Source: Minisyncoccota bacterium
GTDB taxonomy: Bacteria > Patescibacteriota > Minisyncoccia > Phycocordibacterales > UBA9973
Length of the DNA: 64,000 nucleotides
Reading direction: 5' to 3'
Assembly (NCBI GenBank): GCA_035353995.1
Contig: DAOQAL010000001.1
Location: forward strand, 209,464-273,463
The notes under the pieces were generated by a model. It ran no database searches. It saw only the letters and a program-made list of their open reading frames with translations, and was not told the DNA's origin. Shown here in pieces: positions 48,404 to 60,131 of the stretch (position 1 is the first letter of the stretch; each line of letters begins with the position of its first letter). A program made the translations under genes and the position numbers.

Positions 48404-49117
48404 ATGGAAAAACAAGAAGAACAAGAACAACAAAAATTTGATTGGAGAAGGTATGTGGTCGTTTTCTTTATTACGTTAGCGCTTTTTTTAACGGCTGTAT
48501 ATATAAGCAATTATTTTAATAATAAAAAGTTAGATCAATTAAAATCTATACAAGATAAAATATCAATAGATATTCTATCGTCAGAGACACAATTTTCTCT
48601 TTTGTCTGAATTGTCCTGTAAAAATGTTTCAGATACTGTTTTGTCTAGTGAATTAAGTGAACTTGGAAAAAAATTAGAATGGGGAGAAGACAATATTGGT
48701 AAATCAGAAGAATTAACTTATTTAAGAAAATATTATTCTCTTTTAGAAATAAAAGATTATCTTTTAATGAAAAAGATTTCTTCTAGATGTGGCGTAAAGT
48801 CAGCCTTTGTACTTTATTTTTACACAACAGCTGAAAATTGTAGTGAGTGTCAAAAAGAGGGTATAGTACTTTCTGCATTAAAAGATAAATACCCAGAATT
48901 AAGAGTTTACTCTTTTGATTACAGTACTGAACTTTCTGCAGTTGAAGCAATGATAAATATTTATAAAATAAAAGATACAAAACTTCCTGCTTTGGTTGTT
49001 GATGATAATGTTTATACTGGATTTCGTTCTGTTGAAGAACTAGAAAAAACTATTAAAGAATCATTTAAATTGCAAGAGGCAATACCTGAAAACACATCTA
49101 ATAAAAAGAGTTCTTAA
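48404..49117 (+). CDS. hypothetical membrane-anchored protein with CxxC (AENCSECQKEG)
   Basis: N-terminal TM and a C-terminal domain with a CSEC motif; possibly thioredoxin-like. Leaderless TGtTAATAT at 48388-48396. Confidence 0.4.
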   Translation: MEKQEEQEQQKFDWRRYVVVFFITLALFLTAVYISNYFNNKKLDQLKSIQDKISIDILSSETQFSLLSELSCKNVSDTVLSSELSELGKKLEWGEDNIGKSEELTYLRKYYSLLEIKDYLLMKKISSRCGVKSAFVLYFYTTAENCSECQKEGIVLSALKDKYPELRVYSFDYSTELSAVEAMINIYKIKDTKLPALVVDDNVYTGFRSVEELEKTIKESFKLQEAIPENTSNKKSS

Positions 49118-49121
49118 TTTG

Positions 49122-49194
49122 AGCCGCCTCTCAGATTCGAACTGAGGACCTTCGCTTTACAAAAGCGTTGCTCTACCAACTGAGCTAAGGCGGC
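49122..49194 (-). tRNA. tRNA-Thr (anticodon TGT)
   Basis: Minus-strand: acceptor GCCGCCT/AGGCGGC, D-arm GCTC…GAGC, anticodon loop UU-TGT-AA, T-arm CTCAG-TTCGAAT-CTGAG. Confidence 0.75.
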
Positions 49195-49231
49195 TTATAA
49201 ATATTCTAATACATTAACATATTTTAAAAAT

Positions 49232-49654
49232 CTATTCAATTCCTTCTTCTTCTTTGATCTTGTGTTTTATCCTTCTTATCTTTTGTCTATATTCGGAAAT
49301 AACTTTTAAATATTTGGAAACTTCTTGTTTGTTTATAGGATTTCCATTTTCATCAAACTTTGTTTTGTTCATTTTTTCCTTTATTTTTTTGCTTATTTCC
49401 TTTCTTTTTTTATTCAAAAAATTTAAAGAAAGAATATAACTTCTAAGAACAATCCATATAAAAATATGTCCTCCATTTTTTAAATTTTTTGCTATTGAAT
49501 ATTTAACCTTATCAAAATCTACAACTTCACCCAAAAAATTTTCATTATTGTATTCAGGATGTTTTGTCTCATAATTTATAAGCAAAACTTTATCACCAAT
49601 CATAAAAATGATTGCTGCTAGTGATACAAAAAATAAAATTAAAAAGAAAGACAT
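49232..49654 (-). CDS. hypothetical membrane protein (Lys-rich C-terminus)
   Basis: ORF with an N-terminal TM helix. Confidence 0.35.
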   Translation of the reverse strand: MSFFLILFFVSLAAIIFMIGDKVLLINYETKHPEYNNENFLGEVVDFDKVKYSIAKNLKNGGHIFIWIVLRSYILSLNFLNKKRKEISKKIKEKMNKTKFDENGNPINKQEVSKYLKVISEYRQKIRRIKHKIKEEEGIE

Positions 49655-49660
49655 GTTTTT

Positions 49661-50440
49661 TTAAATTGAATAACTTTTTACTTCCTTTATTGTTGCTTTT
49701 GCTTTTTCCAAAATTTGTCCTATCGTTTCTTCTGGATTTTTTATAAAAGGTTGATCAAGTAATGTTTTTTCTTTGAAGTATGTTGCTATTTTACCTTCAA
49801 GTATTTTTTTCTTTATCTCTTCTGGTTTGTTTACATTCTCCATTTCTTTTAAGAAGATTTCATTTATTGTTTTCTTTATTTCTTCATTTATATCTTCTTT
49901 TGAAATATATTCAGGTTTCATTGCTGTAAAGTGCATAGCAATATCTTTTGCTAATTCTGAATTTCCACCATTTAAACTCACAATAACTGCTTTTTTATTA
50001 TTATGAATATAATTTCCCAATACAGTTCCTTCTACTTGATAAGAATCACCAAGTTGTATATTTTCTCCTGTTTTTTGAATAATTGGATCAATCATATCTT
50101 TTGCTTGATTTTTCATTTTTTCTATTCCATCTGCAAAAGCTATATCGGTAAGTTTATTGAGTAGTGAAACAAAGTCTTCGTTTCTTGATACGAAGTCAGT
50201 TTCACAGTGTAGGGCAACAAGTACAGACTTTTTATCATCTCCTTTTATCATAACTGCACCATCTTTAGCATTTCTATCAGCCTTTTTAAGAGCTATATCA
50301 CTACTTGTTTTTTTTAATATTGCAAGAGCTTTATTCATATCGCCATCAGCTTCCTCTAATGCTTTTTTGCATTGCATAACTGAAATGCCAGTGGCATCTC
50401 TAAGTTCCTTTACCAACTCGGTTGTTATTTTTGTTGACAT
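49661..50440 (-). CDS. tsf: translation elongation factor Ts
   Basis: N-terminal UBA-like …LVKELRDATGISVMQCKKALEEADGDMNKALAILKK… signature. Directly downstream of rpsB as in the conserved operon. Confidence 0.9.
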   Translation of the reverse strand: MSTKITTELVKELRDATGISVMQCKKALEEADGDMNKALAILKKTSSDIALKKADRNAKDGAVMIKGDDKKSVLVALHCETDFVSRNEDFVSLLNKLTDIAFADGIEKMKNQAKDMIDPIIQKTGENIQLGDSYQVEGTVLGNYIHNNKKAVIVSLNGGNSELAKDIAMHFTAMKPEYISKEDINEEIKKTINEIFLKEMENVNKPEEIKKKILEGKIATYFKEKTLLDQPFIKNPEETIGQILEKAKATIKEVKSYSI

Positions 50441-50449
50441 ATAAATATT

Positions 50450-51208
50450 TTACTTAACAGGCACAGACATCTGGCCATTTTTATAAGAATTTAAGATTGA
50501 TTCTGTAAAAATCCTAATTGAAGGTATTCCAGAATCATTACATACGATAGGATAATCTATATTTTTTATATTTGAATCAGAATTTAACAATGCTATAACA
50601 GGTACATTTGATTTTTGTGCTTCAGTTTTTGCAATGTGCTCTGTTTTTGTATCTACAATAAACAATGCATCTGGTATTTTTTTCAAACCAACTAATCCAG
50701 AGTAATATCTTGCTAATTTTTCCATCTTTTTTGCCATAACTACTCTTTCTTTTTTTGTATATTTCTCAAGTCCTCCTTCTTTATTTTCTTTTCTATAGTT
50801 TTCAAGTTCTACAATTCTCTTTTTAATCTCAGAAAAATTACTTAAAGTACCACCAATCCATCTTTCGTTTACATAAGGCATATTAAGAGCTTCGGCTGTA
50901 TTTTTTATTATTTCTTTTGCCTCTGGTTTAGTTCCAACAAAAAGAACCACTTTATTTTTTGAACCGAGACTTTTTATAAACTCTCCTGCTGTTTCAAGCA
51001 TTAAGCTTGTTTTTTCAAGATCAATAATATCTGTTTTATTTTTAGTCGTAAATATATATGAAGATACAGAAGGGTGTCTTCTGGTCTTAGAATAACCATA
51101 ATGAGCACCTGCTTTAAACATATCTTCCACTGATACTTTAGTATCTTTCTTTTGATTTTCTACTTTTTGCATAAGGTTTATTCTAGCAGAAAGAGACGAT
51201 TTTTGCAA
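50450..51208 (-). CDS. rpsB: 30S ribosomal protein S2
   Basis: …MFKAGAHYGYSKTRRHPSVSSYIF…, …FVGTK… and …RWIGGTLSNF… S2 blocks. Confidence 0.9.
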   Translation of the reverse strand: MQKSSLSARINLMQKVENQKKDTKVSVEDMFKAGAHYGYSKTRRHPSVSSYIFTTKNKTDIIDLEKTSLMLETAGEFIKSLGSKNKVVLFVGTKPEAKEIIKNTAEALNMPYVNERWIGGTLSNFSEIKKRIVELENYRKENKEGGLEKYTKKERVVMAKKMEKLARYYSGLVGLKKIPDALFIVDTKTEHIAKTEAQKSNVPVIALLNSDSNIKNIDYPIVCNDSGIPSIRIFTESILNSYKNGQMSVPVK

Positions 51209-51269
51209 ATTTTAGGCTATATTTAATTTCTTTTAAATTCCTTTGCAAAAAAGGCTTTTTTCGGTTAAT

Positions 51270-52544
51270 ATGGATACTATGAAACAATCAAAGCTTTTTA
51301 CTAAAACAAAGAAAGAAAGCCCAGCAGATGAAGTTTCTAGGAATGCAGAATTACTTATTCGTGGTGGTTTTATTCATAAAGAAATGGCTGGAGTTTATTC
51401 TTATTTACCTTTGGGTTTGCGTGTATTAAATAAAATAGAAAATATAATTCGTGAAGAAATGAATCAAATTGGTGGAATAGAAATGAAAACTACTATTCTA
51501 CAAAATAAAGAAATTTGGGAAAAATCAAATAGATGGAGTGATGAAGTTGTAGACAATTGGTTTAAAACAAAATTAAAGGCAGGTGGAGAAATTGGTTTAT
51601 CGTTTACAAATGAAGAAGCCTACTCAAATATTTTAAAACAATATATAAAATCATATAAAGATTTGCCTGTTTATCCATATGATTTTAAGGATATATTTAG
51701 AAATGAAGTTAGAAGTAAATCGGGGATTATGAGAGGAAGAGAATTTTTTTGGAAAGCTCTTTATTCATTTTCTAAAGATGATGAAGAACATAATGCTTTT
51801 TATGAAAAAATAAAAGTTGCTTATCAAAATATTTTTAAGAGAGCTGGTATTGGACATATTACTTATTTAACTTTTGCTTCAGGCGGAAGTTTTTCTAAGT
51901 TTTCTCATGAATTTCAAACTATAACTTCAGTTGGAGAAGATACTATTTATTTGGATGAGAATTCAGGAATTGCAATAAATAAAGAAGTTTATAATGATGA
52001 GACTATCGCTCAACTTAATTTGAAAAAAGAAAATTTAGTTGAAAAAAGAGCAGTTGAAGTTGGAAACATCTTTTCATTAGGAACCAGATTTTCAGAGCCT
52101 TTTAATTTAAAATATAAAAATGAAAATGATGAAGAAAAATTAGTTGTAATGGGAAGTTATGGTATTGGATTGGGAAGATTAATGGGTACTATTGTTGAAG
52201 TGCTTTCTGATGATAAAGGTATTATTTGGCCTGAAAATGTTGCACCGTTTAAGATTCATCTTTTAGCTTTAGGTGAAAGTGAAAATGTAAAAACAGAAGC
52301 AGATAAACTATATGATGTTTTAAATAAAAATAATATTGAAGTTTTATTCGATGACAGAGAAGGTTTGTCTGCCGGAGAAAAATTTGCTGATGCTGATTTA
52401 CTTGGTATTCCATTTCGTGCAGTTGTTTCTGAAAGAAGCATAAAAGAAAAAGGAATTGAATTAAAAAAGCGAACAGAAGAAAAAGGAAAGATTGTATCAG
52501 CTGATGAATTAATAAATATATTAACCACTAAAAAAGCATCTTAA
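51270..52544 (+). CDS. proS: proline--tRNA ligase (compact form lacking editing insertion)
   Basis: Class II motifs …LIRGGFIHKEMAGVYSYLPLGLRVLNKIENIIREEM…, …FRNEVRSKSGIMRGREF… and a C-terminal anticodon-binding domain. The ATG at 51270 is preferred over the TTG at 51243. Confidence 0.85.
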   Translation: MDTMKQSKLFTKTKKESPADEVSRNAELLIRGGFIHKEMAGVYSYLPLGLRVLNKIENIIREEMNQIGGIEMKTTILQNKEIWEKSNRWSDEVVDNWFKTKLKAGGEIGLSFTNEEAYSNILKQYIKSYKDLPVYPYDFKDIFRNEVRSKSGIMRGREFFWKALYSFSKDDEEHNAFYEKIKVAYQNIFKRAGIGHITYLTFASGGSFSKFSHEFQTITSVGEDTIYLDENSGIAINKEVYNDETIAQLNLKKENLVEKRAVEVGNIFSLGTRFSEPFNLKYKNENDEEKLVVMGSYGIGLGRLMGTIVEVLSDDKGIIWPENVAPFKIHLLALGESENVKTEADKLYDVLNKNNIEVLFDDREGLSAGEKFADADLLGIPFRAVVSERSIKEKGIELKKRTEEKGKIVSADELINILTTKKAS

Positions 52545-52545
52545 A

Positions 52546-53572
52546 ATGTTAAATAAATTTTATAAATTAATTTCAAATGATATTGGCATAGATTTAGGAA
52601 CATCTAATACTTTAGTTTATTTAAAAGGTCATGGAATAGTAATTAATGAACCATCTGTAGTTGCTGTAAATATTAAAACAAATCAAATTTTGGCTGTTGG
52701 TACGAAAGCAAAAGAAATGCTTGGAAGAACACCAGGACATATAAAAGCTGTTCGTCCTCTTGTTGATGGAGTAATTTCTGATTTTGAAGTTACAGAGGAA
52801 ATGCTTTCTTATTTGATAAACAAGGCAGATAAGATGTCAAAAAAAATTGCAAGACCAAGAGTTTTAGTAGGAGTTCCATCTGGTACTACAAATGTTGAAA
52901 CTCGCGCTGTATATGATGCTACACGTTCTGCTGGAGCAAGAGAAGTTTTTCTTGTTGAAGAACCAATGGCTGCAGCAATTGGGATAAGACTTCCGGTTAA
53001 AGATGCTGTTGGTTCAATGATAATTGATATTGGTGGTGGAACAACTGATGTAGCTGTGATTTCTTTGGGTGGTATTGTAAAATCTAAAAATTTAAAGATT
53101 GCAGGGGACAGATTAAATAATGATATTGCTACATATATGCGTGATGAATTTAAAATATTAGTTGGAGAAAGAACTGCTGAAGCTGTAAAAATTGCAATAG
53201 GATCAGTAATTCCTGGTGAATATACTGAAATAGAAGTAAGAGGAAGAGATTTGCTAACTGGTTTGCCTAGAGAAGTTGTTGTAACGGATTCTGATATTCG
53301 TGAAGCACTTTCTGGATCTATTAAGGAATTTGTTGAAGGAGTAAAAGATGTTCTTGAAGCAACACCTCCAGAAATTTTGTCAGACATAATGAAAAATGGA
53401 ATAACCTTGTCAGGTGGTGGGGCTTTATTGTTTGGTATTGATCAACTTCTTCAAAACGTTCTTAGGATTCCTATTCATGTAATTGACGATCCTCTTTCTG
53501 CTGTTGCTAGAGGCACTGGCGTTATTCTTGATGATATGGAATATTACAATGATGTTTTGATAAGTAATCAAA

Positions 53573-53592
<20 letters not shown>
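52546..53592 (+). CDS. mreB: rod-shape determining actin homolog MreB
   Basis: …DIGIDLGTSNTLVYLKG…, phosphate-2 …MIIDIGGGTTDVAV… and the adenosine motif. Confidence 0.9.
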
Positions 53593-55662
<2,070 letters not shown>

Positions 55663-55724
55663 AAAAGTGTATAATTGTTTCTTTACATTCATCTCTGAAT
55701 TGTTATAATATTCACCATAATTAA

Positions 55725-57122
55725 ATGGAAGCAAAAAAAGCAAAAAAGAACGGTAAAAATTGGAAAAAATTCTGGAAGCTCGGAGTAGACGAATTTAACA
55801 CTCAATTTTTAGGAGTAAGTAAAGATGGAAATCTTACCGCTACAGAAGGTAATCATGTATATGATTTAAGCAAACTAGTTATAAAACACGGAACGCCACT
55901 TCAGGTGGTTTTTCCTTTTGTCATAGAAGATCGTCTAAAAGATTTGATTGGTTTTTTTCAAGCATATATGAAGATATACGGATATAAAGGTAAATTCTTT
56001 TATCACTATCCTATGAAAGTAAATCAGAATAAAGAATTTGTTTTGTCCGTTTTGTCAGAAGGAGCAAATTTAGAAGTAACATCCGCAAATGAACTTTGGA
56101 TTGTAAAAAAACTTTGGGAAGGAGAAAAATTTAACAGTAAAATTCGTGTATTTTGTAATGGTCCTAAAACAGATCAATACCTTGATTTAATAGAAGAACT
56201 TCGTGAGAAGGGTATGAACATTGTACCAATTATTGAAGGTTGGGAAGAAATTGAAAGATTGTCTAAATATAAAGGAGATACAGGAATAAGAGTTGATTTA
56301 GATATAAAAGCCGATACCCATTGGGATAAAAAGTTTGATAGATTTGGTTTATCAGAAAAAGACGTGCTTTCATTGGGTAAAATAAAGAATCTAAAGATAA
56401 TGCATTATCATCTTGGTTCTCAAATTAAAACACAAAAAAGTATTTTGGATGGCATAAAACATGCTTTTAGTATTTATGTTCAATTACAGAAAATACATCC
56501 AAATATTGATACCCTAGATATAGGTGGAGGTTTTGGTGTTCCCTACGAAAAGAAAAAGTTTTATACAGCAAAAGGTGTTTCAAGTAAGATAGTAAGAACT
56601 TTAAAAAATTTGTCAGATAAAGCAGGCGTAAAACATCCAAACCTTGCAGTAGAGTGGGGACAGTATGTTGTTGCACCAGCACAGATAACAATTTATAAAA
56701 TAATTTCAAAAAAATATATTCCAAAAGCAAATGCTAAAGCTTGGTATGTTATTGATGGAAGTTTTATTAATGATTTGAAAGATACTTGGACGATTCATCA
56801 AAAGTGGCATGTTGTACCTGTAAACAATATGAACAAAGTTTTAAAAACAACATGGTTAGCTGGAAGCACATGTGATTCAGATGATAAATATACTGCTGGT
56901 GGTAATTATATTCTTTTGCCAAAAATTCCTGATGGTCAAGATCAGTACATTGCAATTTTAGATACAGGTGCATATCAAGATAGTTTATCTTCACATCATT
57001 GTTTACTTTCTGAACCTGCAAAAATATTAGCTTCTGATGGAATGACTCAAGTAATTAGAAAACGTGAGACGCCAGAATCCATAGGAAAACTTTTTGGCTG
57101 GCCAAATGGAGATCATAAATAA
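55725..57122 (+). CDS. PLP-dependent decarboxylase, fold-type III (Orn/DAP/Arg decarboxylase family; arginine decarboxylase-like)
   Basis: PLP-lysine motif …YHYPMKVNQN…, Gly-rich …DIGGGFGVPY… and C-terminal …CDSDD… substrate-binding motifs. Confidence 0.7.
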   Translation: MEAKKAKKNGKNWKKFWKLGVDEFNTQFLGVSKDGNLTATEGNHVYDLSKLVIKHGTPLQVVFPFVIEDRLKDLIGFFQAYMKIYGYKGKFFYHYPMKVNQNKEFVLSVLSEGANLEVTSANELWIVKKLWEGEKFNSKIRVFCNGPKTDQYLDLIEELREKGMNIVPIIEGWEEIERLSKYKGDTGIRVDLDIKADTHWDKKFDRFGLSEKDVLSLGKIKNLKIMHYHLGSQIKTQKSILDGIKHAFSIYVQLQKIHPNIDTLDIGGGFGVPYEKKKFYTAKGVSSKIVRTLKNLSDKAGVKHPNLAVEWGQYVVAPAQITIYKIISKKYIPKANAKAWYVIDGSFINDLKDTWTIHQKWHVVPVNNMNKVLKTTWLAGSTCDSDDKYTAGGNYILLPKIPDGQDQYIAILDTGAYQDSLSSHHCLLSEPAKILASDGMTQVIRKRETPESIGKLFGWPNGDHK

Positions 57123-57128
57123 TTTTTA

Positions 57129-57593
57129 ATGAATCTAAAAACTTTTTTTCTTTTTATCTTTCTCTTTGTAATACTTATTTTTGGTTTTGTATTTTTAAAT
57201 AAATATAATTCTCTACAAAAAATAGAAGTAAAAAATATAAAACATGTACAAGTTGCTGGTAAAATAATAAAAGTTAATCTTGCTCTTAATGATAAAGATC
57301 AAGAAATAGGTCTTTCTGGTAAAAAATATTTAAAAGAAAATGAAGGAATGCTTTTTATTTTTTCTGATGTATCTCGTCGTTATTTTTGGATGAAAGAAAT
57401 GAATTTTCCAATAGATATTATTTGGCTTAATGAAAAATTAGAGGTGATTTATATAAAAAAGAATGTGTACCCAGAATCATATCCAGACTCTTTTGGTCCA
57501 GACGAAAATAGTAAGTATGTTTTGGAGGTTAATGCTGGTTTTTCCGAAAAGAATAATTTAAGAGAAGGAAATTTTGTTAAATTTTTACCCTAA
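57129..57593 (+). CDS. DUF192-domain protein
   Basis: …EGMLFIF…RRYFWMKEMNFPIDIIWLNEKLEVIYI… matches the DUF192 core. N-terminal TM helix. Confidence 0.55.
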   Translation: MNLKTFFLFIFLFVILIFGFVFLNKYNSLQKIEVKNIKHVQVAGKIIKVNLALNDKDQEIGLSGKKYLKENEGMLFIFSDVSRRYFWMKEMNFPIDIIWLNEKLEVIYIKKNVYPESYPDSFGPDENSKYVLEVNAGFSEKNNLREGNFVKFLP

Positions 57594-57715
57594 AAAGCTT
57601 TAATTTTAAAGTGTCAAAAAAAATACCTATTTACATAAGACACCAGCTATTTTATTGCTCTATTTTTTGTTGTTGTTCACTTTCCTAAAGTATTTTTTGG
57701 AGGTAAAATTGCTTT

Positions 57716-60085
57716 ATGAATAAAAATAATATTTTAGATAAAAAGGAGTTAAGCAAAATTAAGAATGTTAGAAACAGGGAGGGAGAGACTATACCTTTTA
57801 ATTTAGAAAAAATTGTTGATGCTATTAATAAAGCATTTTTATCTACTAAAGAAGGAGAGGAAAAGGAAGCAAGAAACGTTGCCAATAGAGTTTTTCATAA
57901 ATTGTTACATGTAAAAGTAGAAAAAAATGATAAAAATTTTTTACCGAGTGTAGAAATGATACAAGATTTTGTAGAAGCTGAATTAATGGAACTGGGTTAT
58001 CATACTACAGCAAAAGCTTATATACTTTATAGATCAAAAAGAGCAGAATTACGAAAAGAAGTTGGTATTGTTCCTTCGGAAAATAAAAAAGTTTTTGATC
58101 AGTCAAGCTCTTACTTTGTTGGATCGTATGAAGAATTTATTTTTTATAGAACTTATTCTAAATGGCAAGACAGTTTAGGTAGAAGAGAAACTTGGGTTGA
58201 GACGATTGATAGATTCATGGCTTATATGAAACATAAGCTTGGTAAAAAACTTTCTGAAAAAGATTTTAATGAAATACGAGAAGGAATTTTAAAACAAGAA
58301 GTTTGTCCTTCAATGAGATTGCTTTGGTCTTCTGGAGAAGCTTGTGAAAAAACAAATGTGTGGGCATACAATTGTTCATTTATTGCTCCATCATGTTGGC
58401 AAGACTTAGGAGAAATAATGTACATATTAATGTGTGGAGCAGGACTTGGTTTTTCTGTAGAATCAGAAACAGTTCAAAAATTTCCTCAGATAAGAAGACA
58501 GACAGGAAAAAAAATAGCTACACATGTTGTTGAAGATAGCAAAGAAGGTTGGGCAGATGCTTTTGTTCTTGGATGTAAAACTTGGGCTGATGGATATGAT
58601 TTAGATTTTGATTATTCAAAAGTACGACCATCTGGTTCTAGACTAAAAACTGCAGGAGGCCGTGCATCTGGTCCTCAACCTCTTATTGATTTAATTAATT
58701 TTACTAAAGCAAAAATATTAACAAAACAAGCAAAACGTCTTTCTAATATAGACTTGCACGATATTATCTGTCAGATAGGACTTATTGTTGTTGCTGGGGG
58801 TGTACGCAGAAGTGCATTGATTTCTTTGTCTGATATTGATGATGAATCAATGAGAAAGTCTAAACAAGGACAATTTTGGGTTGATAATGGACAACGTTCA
58901 ATGGCAAACAACTCTGCTGTTTATGCGCAAAAGCCTTCAGCATCAGAATTTTTAAATGAATGGATAGAACTTATAAAATCTGGTACTGGTGAAAGAGGAA
59001 TATTTAATCGTGGAGGACTTATGTCTCAACTTCCAAAACGTAGAATCGAAAACTGGAAGAAAGCAGGAATTATTGATGATCAAAATGTTATTGTAGGCCT
59101 ACCTGGTTCAAATCCATGTGGAGAAATTACATTACGTTCTAAACAGTTTTGTAATCTTACATCCATTGTAGTGCGTCCTCGTGACACTGTAGCTGATTTA
59201 AAAAGAAAAGTTAGGTTATCTACAATATTGGGTACATACCAAGCTTCATTAACGCACTTTGGTTATTTATCAAAAGAATGGAAAGAGAATTGTGAATCAG
59301 AAGCTTTATTGGGAGTATCAATCACTGGATATTATGACAACAAAACAGTACGAGATGCAAAAGTTTTGGGTGAACTTAAAGAAGAAGCTAAAAAGGTAAA
59401 TAAAGAATATGCTAAAAAATTTGGTATAAATACTTCAACTTGTATAACAACTGTAAAGCCACATGGAAATTCAGGACAACTTCTTTATGTTGGTTCAGGA
59501 ATGCATCCATGGTATGCAAAATATTTTATAAGAAGAGTTCGTATTGCTACAAATGATCCATTGTTTGAACTTATAAAAGATCAGGGTGTTCCTTCAAAAG
59601 CAGAAATTGGTTATTCTACTGCAAATTCCAGTGTAGCAGTTTTGGAATTTCCTATTAAAGCACCAGAAGGTGCAATTACAAGAGATAAAATTTCTGCAAT
59701 AGACTTGCTTGAAGAATGGAAGAAACTAAAAATAAATTATATTGAACATAATCCTTCTGTTACAATTTATGTTGGAAGTGATGAATGGATAAAGGTTGCA
59801 AACTTTGTTTATGAAAACTGGGATATCGTTGGAGGTTTGTCTTTCTTGCCTAGATCAGAACACGTTTATCAACTTGCTCCATATGAAGAGATTTCAAAAG
59901 AAGAATACGAGAAAAGAATGAAAGAAATAAAGCATATTGATTTTTCTAAACTTATGTATTACGAACAAGAAGACAATACAATTGGAGCAAAAGAATTTGC
60001 TTGTGTGTCAGGAGTTTGTTCCATTGATGATGCTTTAGCTGAAGAAGCACAAAAGGAGAGTGCAAAAGACTCTGAAGAGAATTAA
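57716..60085 (+). CDS. nrdJ: class II (adenosylcobalamin-dependent) ribonucleotide reductase with N-terminal ATP-cone
   Basis: N-terminal ATP-cone (…IKNVRNREGETIPFNLEKIVDAINKA…), thiyl-radical loop …GSNPCGEITL… and C-terminal Cys pair (CVSGVC). SD GGAGGT at 57700-57705. Confidence 0.85.
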   Translation: MNKNNILDKKELSKIKNVRNREGETIPFNLEKIVDAINKAFLSTKEGEEKEARNVANRVFHKLLHVKVEKNDKNFLPSVEMIQDFVEAELMELGYHTTAKAYILYRSKRAELRKEVGIVPSENKKVFDQSSSYFVGSYEEFIFYRTYSKWQDSLGRRETWVETIDRFMAYMKHKLGKKLSEKDFNEIREGILKQEVCPSMRLLWSSGEACEKTNVWAYNCSFIAPSCWQDLGEIMYILMCGAGLGFSVESETVQKFPQIRRQTGKKIATHVVEDSKEGWADAFVLGCKTWADGYDLDFDYSKVRPSGSRLKTAGGRASGPQPLIDLINFTKAKILTKQAKRLSNIDLHDIICQIGLIVVAGGVRRSALISLSDIDDESMRKSKQGQFWVDNGQRSMANNSAVYAQKPSASEFLNEWIELIKSGTGERGIFNRGGLMSQLPKRRIENWKKAGIIDDQNVIVGLPGSNPCGEITLRSKQFCNLTSIVVRPRDTVADLKRKVRLSTILGTYQASLTHFGYLSKEWKENCESEALLGVSITGYYDNKTVRDAKVLGELKEEAKKVNKEYAKKFGINTSTCITTVKPHGNSGQLLYVGSGMHPWYAKYFIRRVRIATNDPLFELIKDQGVPSKAEIGYSTANSSVAVLEFPIKAPEGAITRDKISAIDLLEEWKKLKINYIEHNPSVTIYVGSDEWIKVANFVYENWDIVGGLSFLPRSEHVYQLAPYEEISKEEYEKRMKEIKHIDFSKLMYYEQEDNTIGAKEFACVSGVCSIDDALAEEAQKESAKDSEEN

Positions 60086-60093
60086 CTTAAAAA

Positions 60094-60131
60094 CTAAAAG
60101 GCCTCGACTTAAGTCGAGGCCTTTTAGTTTA
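60094..60131. terminator. bidirectional terminator between nrdJ and the convergent surface-protein gene
   Basis: Perfect 17-bp palindrome CTAAAAGGCCTCGACTT|AAGTCGAGGCCTTTTAG, flanked by A/T runs. Confidence 0.7.

Noticed and set aside
57594-57715. Cobalamin riboswitch or NrdR box upstream of the B12-dependent nrdJ
   Set aside because: The region is A/T-rich with no extended GC-paired structure, no B12-box-like motif and no recognisable NrdR palindrome. Only an SD (GGAGGT) is evident.
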